Origin: Methylorubrum extorquens
GTDB lineage: Bacteria > Pseudomonadota > Alphaproteobacteria > Rhizobiales > Beijerinckiaceae
Assembly (NCBI GenBank): GCA_900234795.1
Contig: LT962688.1
Location: forward strand, 5,160,001-5,192,000
Length of the DNA stretch: 32,000 bases
Direction: 5' to 3'
Below the pieces are notes generated by a model. It made no database searches, was not told the origin of the DNA, and worked only from the letters and a program-made list of their open reading frames with translations. The first letter of the stretch is position 1, and each line of letters opens with the position of its first letter. The position numbers and the translations under genes were made by a program. This document shows, piece after piece, positions 15,935 through 26,538 of this stretch.

Positions 15935-17250
15935 AGTCAATGGGCGGCAGCTCAATCCAGAGCGTTCGACGCTTTCGGGTGCCTGCGTTCTCTACGTGCT
16001 CGTGCGGCACTTGATGGGGTCAGCTGGGTGCAAAGCGGCTCGGTTGAAAGCGCAGTCGGCGCAAGGCCGCATGCTACAGAATCGGCGCCATCTTCTGCTC
16101 CCTTCCTCGGGCGTCGCTCCCGCTCGGGAGCTCGGTTCGGCCTCCTGTCCGGTGATGTCAGCCGCTACGCAGGTCGGAACTCGGTGCCCTGCCGCAGCAT
16201 CGCGTGCATGATGATCGCTAGCCGGCGCGCGAGAGCGATGCGGGCCTTGCGCATCGTAGAGCGCTTCGCGATGGCCAGAGCCCAAGCCTTCAGCTTCAGG
16301 GGCTGCCTGCAGCGCGTCAGCATCACGTTGGCGGCTTCGTACAGCAGCGTTCTGACCCGCCGGTCGCCGCACTTCGAGATGCTACCGGTGTAGTCGACCT
16401 CGCCCGATTGGTAGCGTCGCGGAACAAGGCCAAGATACGGACCGACGTCGCGGGAGCGCCTGAAGCGCTCAGGATCATCGACGGCTGCCGTGAAAGCGAG
16501 CGCGGTGAGTTGACCGACGCCCGGGATCGTCATCAACCGCCGGCAGGCATCTGAGGCTCGGACCATCCGCTTGATATCTGCATCGATGGCGGCGACAGCT
16601 GCCAGCACGGCAGCTCGTGCTCCGATCAGGCCGCGCATGGCGGCGGACAGTCCAGCGATCCCCTCGCTCGAACGCAGAGCCTGCTCGATGAACGCAGGGC
16701 TGAGCGCCCGCGGTAGCCGCACCCCGAACACGACGGCAAGACCGCGGATCTGGTTCTCCAGCGTGACCCGCTGGCCGACCAGCTTCTTGCGCGCGATGAT
16801 CAACGACCTCACGGCGTGTGCCGGCAGCGACTTCACGTGCACCGGCTTGAAGAAGCCTGTTCGTGCCAGATGAGCCAGACCGCGCGCATCGTTCCGGTCG
16901 GTCTTGTGCGTCGTAAGCGACTTCAAGGCTTGGTAAGCCTGCCGGCTCTCGACGCAGACGACCGGCACACCATGGTCGGCCAAGCCGTGGAACAGCATTG
17001 GAGCCATCCGGCCTGTCTCGAACACAGCCCGACGGCAGGCAGGCGCCTTCGCGAGTTCCTGCGCGATGTCGGCAGGCGTAGAGGCCACCTTCGCCTGATG
17101 GGTAACTACTCCGTCGCGGTCGACCACGCAGACGTGCGTCTCCTCCATCGAGACATCTAGGCCAGCGAAATACTCCATAATCAGCCTCCTCTTCCGGCAG
17201 CGGAGCCGATCCTATCGACTTCCGCAGAAGAGCTGCCGCCCATTACCCGA
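15935..17250 (-). mobile_element. IS110-family element with subterminal inverted repeats (IS1111-like layout); the ends are approximate
   Basis: A perfect 15-bp inverted repeat, AATGGGCGGCAGCTC (15939-15953) and GAGCTGCCGCCCATT (17230-17244), brackets the transposase gene. The 5' leader is short (about 70 nt) and the 3' non-coding end long (about 230 nt). Confidence 0.7.
16165..17178 (-). CDS. IS110-family transposase
   Basis: MEYFAGLDVSMEETHVCVVD.., HKTDRNDARGLAHLARTGFF, LMTIPGVGQLTALAFTAAVDDPERF, GLVPRRYQSGEVDYTGSISKCGD. GGAAGAGGAGG lies upstream of the ATG. Confidence 0.9.
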   Translation of the reverse strand: MEYFAGLDVSMEETHVCVVDRDGVVTHQAKVASTPADIAQELAKAPACRRAVFETGRMAPMLFHGLADHGVPVVCVESRQAYQALKSLTTHKTDRNDARGLAHLARTGFFKPVHVKSLPAHAVRSLIIARKKLVGQRVTLENQIRGLAVVFGVRLPRALSPAFIEQALRSSEGIAGLSAAMRGLIGARAAVLAAVAAIDADIKRMVRASDACRRLMTIPGVGQLTALAFTAAVDDPERFRRSRDVGPYLGLVPRRYQSGEVDYTGSISKCGDRRVRTLLYEAANVMLTRCRQPLKLKAWALAIAKRSTMRKARIALARRLAIIMHAMLRQGTEFRPA

Positions 17251-17251
17251 T

Positions 17252-17431
17252 GTTGAAAAACTCCGGGACCGTGCGCCAAGCGTCGCCCAGCACAGGTCGC
17301 CGTAGAATATTTGTCTATTATCAGTGATGCGATGCGACGATAACCGCGTATCCTAAGCAATTCAGGAGCAGGATCTTCTCCCGAAAACGCGGCTGGCGGT
17401 GCTGCTTCGAGCCGATCCCGAGTTTTTCAAC
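17252..17431. repeat. Imperfect inverted repeat enclosing a 147-bp AT-richer segment, directly abutting the IS110-family left end
   Basis: GTTGAAAAACTCCGGGA (17252-17268) pairs with TCCCGAGTTTTTCAAC (17416-17431): 16 matching positions with a one-nucleotide bulge. Confidence 0.6.
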
Positions 17432-18005
17432 GAAATCCGCCAGCAGCTGACATTCGCCTAGGAGCAGCGGAAAGTCTGCTCTTGGTGCAGGAGCCTACTT
17501 CGATGCGCATGGCGCCAAGTTCAGCTCCCGCAGAGATCGAAGCCGTAGGAAATAGCTCGGCTGCCTCCGCGTTGCGCAATCCTTGGACAATGTCATGCAC
17601 TATGTAGCCGAGTTCCTGACCGAGTAGGGTGATGACACCTGACGGGACACGGCCTCGGCGGACCTGGGGCATTTGGACCAGCTCGGGGCAATCAAGCGAG
17701 TAGGAAGAGGTGGCTTCCGACCCGAGAAGAGACGGTCTCGTCTAGCGGCTGGCCCCCCATCGCCCTGGCGGGACGAGGCTTCACAGTCCGAGACGCTTTA
17801 GCGGGGATCGCCAGCACCTTCGTGTCGATGAACGCTGCAGCCGCCCGAATGGTGGAGGCGGTTATACGGCACACCGACTTGGGCTGCCGCCGCGACCGGC
17901 TGCTCCAGACCTAGGCAGTGCTGGACTGCCTCGACTGGTTTCGGGGACCACGGAGCAACGAACGGCTAGAGGACGCGAATGCCTGGGCGCCTTGAAGCTC
18001 AGTAC

Positions 18006-18369
18006 TTACCGGCGGAAGCGACCACCACCGTGGAAGCCTCGGCCGCCATGAAAGCCGCCGCCTCTGTAGACGCTGACGCGTCGACCGTAGGCGCCTCGCG
18101 CACCGTAGACCCGGCCGCCACGATACCCATAGACCCCGCCGCGGCGGTAGCCGTAGACCGCCCGCCCGCCATAGTAGGCTGGGCCGCCATAGTATCCGCC
18201 GTAGACGTTCCGCCGGCACCCGCCGTACGGACCACGGTGGAAGCCGATGCCGCAGCCGCCGGCCGCCTCAGCCACGCCGACACCGATCCGTCCCCTTCTC
18301 CACTGAGCCCAGGCTGAGCCAGGCTCCGAAGAGCAAGGCGGTGAACGCCACCAATCTCATGCGTCGCAT
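18006..18369 (-). pseudogene. Gly/Tyr/Arg-repeat small secreted protein (GCG..CRxN prefix plus YGG repeats), with the signal peptide out of frame
   Basis: 18275-18006 encodes ..AAGGCGIGFHRGPYGGCRRNVYGGYYGGPAYYGGRAVYGYRRGGVYGYRGG... A signal-peptide ORF MRRMRLVAFTALLFGAWLSLGS (from 18369) sits in a different frame and stops at 18268-18270. Confidence 0.5.
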
Positions 18370-18473
18370 CCCGTACACTCCAGCGTCAGCCGGGGCAGGC
18401 CGAGTAAGTGGTCGCGCCGGCGCTCCCACCACCGTTCGCGGCTCGTCGTGAGGCGCGATGGGGCCTGTGGACT

Positions 18474-18560
18474 AGAGCGCCGCGTCCGGGAAGTGTCATC
18501 GCTGTAACAGTAACAATGATGACTTCCGGCCTCATGCCGGCCGAGGATTTGCCGAAGTCA
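18474..18560 (+). mobile_element. Relic of an IS5-family left end (terminus-like AGAGCGCC, leader motif, degenerate orfA start) upstream of aqpZ
   Basis: AGAGCGCC (18474-18481) is the reverse complement of the putative right terminus at 517-524. CTGTAACAGTAACAATG (18502-18518) matches the leader at 27757-27773. The following GGCCTCATGCCGG resembles TGGCTCATCCCGG at 27792-27804. Confidence 0.3.
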
Positions 18561-18620
18561 GGATCCCGGCGAAGCAGTCGAGCCTGCGCGTCCCCGATCC
18601 GCGGAGCTGAGGAGGCTTCC

Positions 18621-19355
18621 ATGGACATCCGCAAGTGCGCGGCAGAGGCCATCGGCACGTTCTGGCTCACCTTCGCGGGCTGCGGCAGCGCCGTTATCGC
18701 CGCCGGCTTCCCTGAGGTCGGCATCGGGCTGCTCGGGGTCTCCGCCGCCTTCGGCCTGACCGTGGTCACCATGGCCTACGCCATCGGCCACATCTCAGGC
18801 TGTCATCTCAACCCGGCGGTCACCTTCGGCCTCGCCGCAGGGGGACGCTTCCCGACACGCGACATCCCCCCTTACGTGATCTCGCAGGTCATCGGCGGCG
18901 TGGTCGCCGCGGCGCTGCTCTATGCCATCGCCAGCGGATCACCCGGGTTCGATGTCGCCAAAGGCTTCGCTGCCAACGGCTACGGCGAGCACTCGCCGGG
19001 GCAGTATGGACTGTTCTCGTGCCTCCTAGCCGAGGTGGTGCTCACGATGATGTTCCTGTTCGTCATCATGGGAGCGACCCACGGTAAGGCGCCAGTCGGC
19101 TTCGCGCCGTTGGCCATCGGGCTCTGCCTCACGCTCGTCCACCTCGTCGGCATTCCGGTCACGAACCTCTCGGTCAACCCAGCACGGAGCACCGGGCCGG
19201 CCCTGTTTGCGGGCGGCGGGGCCATTGCGCAGCTCTGGCTGTTCTGGGTCGCGCCGATCCTCGGCGGGGTGCTCGGCGGGATGCTCTACCACTGGATCAG
19301 CGCGGAACCCTCGGCGCAAGTCACCGGCGTCGTGCCACCCGCACCTGCGGAGTGA
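18621..19355 (+). CDS. aqpZ: Aquaporin Z
   Basis: GAGGAGG lies before the [28 protein letters not shown].., two NPA boxes (HLNPAVTFG and [10 protein letters not shown]). Confidence 0.92.
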   Translation: MDIRKCAAEAIGTFWLTFAGCGSAVIAAGFPEVGIGLLGVSAAFGLTVVTMAYAIGHISGCHLNPAVTFGLAAGGRFPTRDIPPYVISQVIGGVVAAALLYAIASGSPGFDVAKGFAANGYGEHSPGQYGLFSCLLAEVVLTMMFLFVIMGATHGKAPVGFAPLAIGLCLTLVHLVGIPVTNLSVNPARSTGPALFAGGGAIAQLWLFWVAPILGGVLGGMLYHWISAEPSAQVTGVVPPAPAE

Positions 19356-19356
19356 C

Positions 19357-19402
19357 GGAACGGTAAGCCGGATTTCAGCCAGAGGCCGGCTGCGGCCGTT
19401 CC
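19357..19402. terminator. Extended hairpin after aqpZ
   Basis: GGAACGG..AGCCGG-loop-CCGGCT..CCGTTCC. There is no clear U-tract. Confidence 0.35.
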
Positions 19403-19422
19403 ACGTTGCCGATAAGCAATCC

Positions 19423-20409
19423 ATGCCGGACGCGCCTACCCTCGAACGACCGATCCTCGCGCCAGATGCGGATTCCGGCATGGTCTACGTGCCAGCTGGC
19501 ACCTTCCGGATGGGATCGAACCGGCACTATCCCGAAGAGGCGCCCGTCCATCGCGTGCGCGTCGACGGGTTCTGGATCGACCGCACCCCGGTCACGAACG
19601 CGGAGTTCCGAGCCTTCGTCCGGGCCACGGGTCACGTGACGGTGGCGGAGCAGCGGCCGGACGCGAAGGACTACCCGGACGCGCTGCCGCACATGCTGCA
19701 GGCCGGCTCGCTCGTCTTCAAGCCACCGAAAGGCGAGGCCGACCTGAGGGACTGGGGCTCGTGGTGGAGGTTCAGGTTCGGGGTGCACTGGCGCAAGCCG
19801 TACGGGCCGGGTTCCTCGATAGCAGGCCTCGACGAACATCCGGTCGTTCACGTCGCTTGCGCCGATGCCGAGGCGTACGCAGCCTGGGCGGGCAAGGGAA
19901 TGCCCACCGAAGCCGAATGGGAATACGCCGCCCGTGGAGGCCTGGATGAGGCTGAGTTCGCCTGGGGCGACACCCTCGCACCCGGCGGCCGGCACATGGC
20001 CAACACCTGGCAGGGTGCCTTCCCCCACCAGAACCTGGCCGAGGACGGCTTCGAGCGTACATCGCCGGTCACCGCCTTTCCGCCGAACGGCTACGGGCTC
20101 TTCGACATGATCGGTAACGTCTGGGAGTGGACGGGCGACTTCTTCGCGGACCGACATCCTGCCGATGCATCGAAAGCCTGTTGCATCCCGCGGAACCCGC
20201 GGGGCGGCCGCGAGGACGGGAGCTACGACGCAAACCAGCCCGCGATCAGGATACCACGTCGGGTGCTCAAGGGTGGCTCACACCTCTGCGCACCGAACTA
20301 TTGCCGCCGCTACCGGCCGGCGGCTCGCCATCCGCAGGCGGTCGACACATCCGCCAGCCATATCGGCTTCCGCTGCGTTCGTAGGACGGACAGCATCGAT
20401 GAAAGGTGA
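19423..20409 (+). CDS. Formylglycine-generating enzyme (FGE/SUMF1 family), copy 2
   Basis: GTFRMGSNRHYPEEAPVHRVRVDGFWID, GNVWEWT, KGGSHLCAPNYCRRYRPAAR. About three-quarters identical to FGE1 over the first conserved block (40 of 51 residues, counted by eye). Confidence 0.9.
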   Translation: MPDAPTLERPILAPDADSGMVYVPAGTFRMGSNRHYPEEAPVHRVRVDGFWIDRTPVTNAEFRAFVRATGHVTVAEQRPDAKDYPDALPHMLQAGSLVFKPPKGEADLRDWGSWWRFRFGVHWRKPYGPGSSIAGLDEHPVVHVACADAEAYAAWAGKGMPTEAEWEYAARGGLDEAEFAWGDTLAPGGRHMANTWQGAFPHQNLAEDGFERTSPVTAFPPNGYGLFDMIGNVWEWTGDFFADRHPADASKACCIPRNPRGGREDGSYDANQPAIRIPRRVLKGGSHLCAPNYCRRYRPAARHPQAVDTSASHIGFRCVRRTDSIDER

Positions 20410-20492
20410 CGACCGAGACTAACGGGAAGCTTCACGCGAGGCACATCCGTCGTGCCGAGCCACAACGTTCGTACGAGACGTGGGGATCGGAA

Positions 20493-22880
<2,388 letters not shown>

Positions 22881-22940
22881 TCGATGGCGCGCCGAGCGTC
22901 GCTTTGCCTTTGATTCCATGACATGCGGGAGGAGCAGACT

Positions 22941-23081
22941 ATGAGCGAGCTTAGGCGGAATCGCTTGGCCGCAGGACTCGGCTCGATCCTCCCCGAGATG
23001 ATCGCTGCGCATTCTGCGAGGGTGCAGACGGCGGACAAACGGATCGGGCTGGTCGCGGCCCCTGAGGAGACATCGCGATGA
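22941..23081 (+). CDS. 46-codon ORF, translationally coupled to the downstream DUF1254/DUF1214 gene (speculative)
   Basis: GGGAGGAG lies 7 nt upstream of ATG 22941. The stop TGA (23079-23081) overlaps ATG 23078 (ATGA). It is below the ORF-track length cut-off. Product: MSELRRNRLAAGLGSILPEMIAAHSARVQTADKRIGLVAAPEETSR. Confidence 0.3.
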   Translation: MSELRRNRLAAGLGSILPEMIAAHSARVQTADKRIGLVAAPEETSR

Positions 23082-24445
23082 TCTCCCGCCTCCTCATCCT
23101 TGGCCTCATCGGCACCCTGTTCTCGGGTGCGGTCAGGGCTCAGCAAGCAAGCGTCGGCGAAGCCCGAGCCACCGCCAAGGAGGCGTACGTCTATGCCTAT
23201 GCGATGCTGGAGAACTATCAGACGTTCCACAAGCAGGTCGTGGACGACAAAGCCTCTGAGTACGTCGGCGGCTTTGGCCGCTTCCGGCACTACGCCCAGG
23301 CCTTCACACCCGAAAACCGCGACGTCGTCACCCCGAACAACGACACCCCGTATTCCTGGGCTTGGCTCGATCTGCGCGCCGAGCCCTGGGTGGTGAGCGT
23401 CCCGGCCGTGCCGGACGAGCGCTACTACGTGATGCAGTGGTTCGACCTCTTCACCCACAACTTCGCCTACATGGGCTCCAGGACCACCGGCAACGGGGCC
23501 GGCAACTACCTGTTCGCCGGGCCACGCTGGAACGGGAGCGTGCCCGAGGGCATCCGTCAGGTGTTCCGCGCCGAAACGGAGATCGTCGGAACCCTCACCA
23601 GGACGGCGTTGGTGGGACCGGAGGATGTGCCGAACGTGCGGGCGGTCCAGCGCGGCTACCGTCTCCAACCCTTGAGCGAGTTCGAAGCATTTCGCCCCCC
23701 GGCACCGGCCCCGTCCGCCAACTTCCCTGCCTACGACCGCTCCAAGGCCCGCTCCGAGGACTTCATCGGCTACCTGAACGTCCTGCTGCACTTCGCGCAG
23801 CCGCCGGACCCGAGCGAGGTCGATCTGATGCGGCGGTTCGCACGGATCGGCATCGGTCCCGGGCTGCCATGGGACAAGTCGAAGCTGGACCCGGCGCTCC
23901 TCGAAGCCATCAAGGCCGGGGCGTCCGACGGTCAGGCCGCCATCGACGCGCAGGCGGCCAAGACGTTCGATTCCGGTCCCTTGTTCGGCACCCGGGCATT
24001 CCTGGAGAACGACTACATCCGGCGCGCCATGGGTGCCGACAAGGGCCTGTACGGCAACTCTCGCGAGGAGGCTTGGTACGGCGGCTTCGTCGGCAACGGC
24101 GCCAAGCTGTCGATGATGCGCTTCGCGGCGGACCAGCTGCCGCCCGCGCGGTTTTTCTGGTCGCTCACGCTCTACACCCTGCCGGACCGCGGCCTCTACG
24201 CGAACACGGAGAAGCGCTACTCCCTAGGCGACCGCAGCAAGGGCCTGGTCTACGGCCCGGACGGCTCCCTCACGGTCTACCTGGGACACCAGTCGCCCGG
24301 GCCGTCGCATGAGGCGAACTGGATTCCGGCGCCGCAAGGCCCCTATTCGCTCGTCGCCCGTGTCTACGGGCCGAAGCCGGAGCTCCTGTCAGGGCAGTGG
24401 AAGCTCCCGCCGCTGGAGCCCGTCGCGTCCTCCGAACGCCCTTAG
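23078..24445 (+). CDS. DUF1254/DUF1214 domain protein with a Sec signal
   Basis: MISRLLILGLIGTLFSGAVRAQQ, TPNNDTPYSWAWLDLRAEPWVVSVP..RYYVMQWFD, FFWSLTLYT..ANWIPAP..YSLVARVYGP. Confidence 0.85.
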   Translation: MISRLLILGLIGTLFSGAVRAQQASVGEARATAKEAYVYAYAMLENYQTFHKQVVDDKASEYVGGFGRFRHYAQAFTPENRDVVTPNNDTPYSWAWLDLRAEPWVVSVPAVPDERYYVMQWFDLFTHNFAYMGSRTTGNGAGNYLFAGPRWNGSVPEGIRQVFRAETEIVGTLTRTALVGPEDVPNVRAVQRGYRLQPLSEFEAFRPPAPAPSANFPAYDRSKARSEDFIGYLNVLLHFAQPPDPSEVDLMRRFARIGIGPGLPWDKSKLDPALLEAIKAGASDGQAAIDAQAAKTFDSGPLFGTRAFLENDYIRRAMGADKGLYGNSREEAWYGGFVGNGAKLSMMRFAADQLPPARFFWSLTLYTLPDRGLYANTEKRYSLGDRSKGLVYGPDGSLTVYLGHQSPGPSHEANWIPAPQGPYSLVARVYGPKPELLSGQWKLPPLEPVASSERP

Positions 24446-24456
24446 GATGCCAAGTC

Positions 24457-25326
24457 ATGGGGGCAGGTTTGCGCGTCGACCGGAGATCATCGCTGATGCG
24501 AGGGGGGCTCCTCGCCCTTACGCTGACCGCACTCGTTGCCACGCCGGCTGAGGCGGGGACCAGCTCAATAGACGGAGGGCGGATCCGGGTCGTCTACGAG
24601 GCTCCGAAGAAGGCGGCCTACCGCGAGATCCACGACACCATGCGGCAGCGCCGTGTCCTGGAGCGGGTCGGTGCCATCGTCGGCCTCGTTCGGCTGCCGA
24701 CACGGCTGACCTACCGGCTGAAGGAATGTGCCGGCGAGCTCAACGCCTGGTACGCTCCGGAAAACCGCAGCATCACCATCTGCTACGAGCTTATCGACAG
24801 CATCGTTCGCGCCGCCCCTGAGAAGAGATCTCCGGCCGGCGTAACCCGCCATGAGGCGATCCGGGGACCGGTTTTCCAGATCCTCCTGCACGAGAGCGGC
24901 CATGCTCTGTTCGACCTGCTGGGCATCCCGATCCTCGGGCGCGAGGAGGACGCCGCCGACCAGGTCGCCTCGCTGATCCTCCTTCACCTGTCGCCAGCCG
25001 ACGCGCGCATGGTCGTGGCGGGAAGCGCCTACTTCTTCGCGACGACGGCCAAGGGCGAGCCGGTCGACAAGGGCGCCTTCTCCGACGAGCATGGCCTGTC
25101 CTGGCAGCGCTTCTACAATCTTGCCTGCCTCGCCTACGGCTCGGACAAGCGGCGCTACCGCGCCGTGCTGACCAAGCAATACCTGCCGAAGGAGCGGGCC
25201 GAGAGCTGCGAGGAGGAGTACGGGCAGGTCGCCTTCGCCTTCGCGAAACTCATCGGTCCGCATCTGCGTGCGCGACTCAAGGACGGCGAGCGCCTTCGGC
25301 GCGCCTTCCGCTCCGCCCTCATATGA
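24457..25326 (+). CDS. DUF4344-like putative secreted metallopeptidase (HExxH)
   Basis: Signal-like LLALTLTALVATPAEA. CAGELNAWYAPENRSITICYELID and LLHESGHALFDLLGIPILGREEDAADQVA resemble the DUF4344 family. The start could also be 24496. Confidence 0.7.
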   Translation: MGAGLRVDRRSSLMRGGLLALTLTALVATPAEAGTSSIDGGRIRVVYEAPKKAAYREIHDTMRQRRVLERVGAIVGLVRLPTRLTYRLKECAGELNAWYAPENRSITICYELIDSIVRAAPEKRSPAGVTRHEAIRGPVFQILLHESGHALFDLLGIPILGREEDAADQVASLILLHLSPADARMVVAGSAYFFATTAKGEPVDKGAFSDEHGLSWQRFYNLACLAYGSDKRRYRAVLTKQYLPKERAESCEEEYGQVAFAFAKLIGPHLRARLKDGERLRRAFRSALI

Positions 25327-25577
25327 GGTTCGCCACGATGCCGCTCATCGACATCTTCACCTGGGCCGTCCTTCTGGTGGTAGCCGCCACCCTCGTTGCA
25401 ACGTTCGTCGCCCTTGGCGTCATGCCGGGTCGCATTGCCCGCAAGCGCGGCCACCCCTGGGCGCAGGCGGTAGCCATCGGAAGCTGGGCCACGCTTGTCT
25501 TCGGCTTCGTGTTCTGGCCTCTGATCCTGATCTGGGCCTACGTCGACGTCCCAGCCAAGCGGGAGACGGTCCGATGA
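25323..25577 (+). CDS. DUF3302 (YiaW-like) small inner-membrane protein
   Basis: MPLIDIFTWAVLLVV..GRIARKRGHPWAQAVAIGSWATLVFGFVFWPLILIWAY resembles E. coli YiaW. The start overlaps the upstream stop (ATGA); an alternative ATG lies at 25338. Confidence 0.7.
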   Translation: MRFATMPLIDIFTWAVLLVVAATLVATFVALGVMPGRIARKRGHPWAQAVAIGSWATLVFGFVFWPLILIWAYVDVPAKRETVR

Positions 25578-26509
25578 TCATCGTCCTGCTGAACAGCTAC
25601 ATCGCGCTCCTGGTCCTGTTCGTCTGGCTCGGCTTCGTCCGCCTGAACCTGTTCTGGAAGCTCTCGCCGGTCCTCGTGCTTCTTGCCCTGCTCGTCGGGC
25701 TGTTCATTCCGATGGGATGGGGGGCGCCGTGGGGCCCGGCGGCAGTCATCCGCAACTCGGTCCAGATCATCCCTTCCGTGGCCGGCGAGGTCGTCGACGT
25801 ACCGGCTGCCGCGAACAAACCCGTCAAGGAAGGAGACGTCCTGTTCCGCATCGACCCCGTTCCCTACAAGTCGCAGTTCGATGCCATCGATGCCCAGCTC
25901 AAGCTGGCGCAGACACGCCTCGCCGAGATGACCCAGTTGCAGAACCGGGGGACCGGCCGCGGCTTCGACGTCGAGCAGCGCCAGTCCGAGGTCGACCACC
26001 TGAAAGCGCAGCTTGAGGGTGCCAAGTGGAACCTCGACAAGACGACCGTTCGGGCGCCGGCCGCCGGCTACGTGACCAACCTGGCGCTCCGGAAAGGCGC
26101 ACGGGTCACCGCGCAGTCACCAGTGATGGCCTTCATCGACACCTCCGAGACGATCCTGGGTGCGGAGATCCCGCAGATTGACGCGCGCTACATCGAACCC
26201 GGGCAACCTGTCGAGGTCACATTCAAGGCCTTCCCGGGCGAGGTCCATGCCGGCCGGGTCGAGGCGGTGCTGCAGGCCATCGCGACGGGACAGGCTCAGC
26301 CCGGCGGGCTCGCGGTCGCGCCATCAGAGATCCACTCTGCTCCCTTCGTCGTCCGGTTCAAGCTCGATGACCCAGAGGTAGCCCGCCGCCTTCCGGCGGG
26401 CAGCAGCGGCACGGCCGCCGTCTACACCGAGCACGTTCAGGCTGCGCACGTGATCCGGAAGGTCGTACTGCGGCAAACCGCGATCCTGAACTACGTCAAC
26501 CCGTTCTGA
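25574..26509 (+). CDS. HlyD-family membrane-fusion/periplasmic adaptor protein (YiaV-like)
   Basis: The ATG overlaps the DUF3302 stop (ATGA). An N-terminal TM segment is followed by VAGEVVDVPAAANKPVKEGDVLFRIDPVPY, a coiled-coil (QLKLAQTRLAEM..) and TTVRAPAAGYVTNL. Confidence 0.85.
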   Translation: MIIVLLNSYIALLVLFVWLGFVRLNLFWKLSPVLVLLALLVGLFIPMGWGAPWGPAAVIRNSVQIIPSVAGEVVDVPAAANKPVKEGDVLFRIDPVPYKSQFDAIDAQLKLAQTRLAEMTQLQNRGTGRGFDVEQRQSEVDHLKAQLEGAKWNLDKTTVRAPAAGYVTNLALRKGARVTAQSPVMAFIDTSETILGAEIPQIDARYIEPGQPVEVTFKAFPGEVHAGRVEAVLQAIATGQAQPGGLAVAPSEIHSAPFVVRFKLDDPEVARRLPAGSSGTAAVYTEHVQAAHVIRKVVLRQTAILNYVNPF

Positions 26510-26538
26510 ACGCGCCGTTGCGTGACAGGGAGAGAGCC

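Noticed and set aside
17203-17418. 10-nt direct repeat GAGCCGATCC as a target-site duplication of a MITE.
   Set aside because: The geometry is inconsistent. One copy lies inside the IS110-family leader and the other overlaps an arm of the inverted repeat, so the repeats do not flank the inverted-repeat pair symmetrically.
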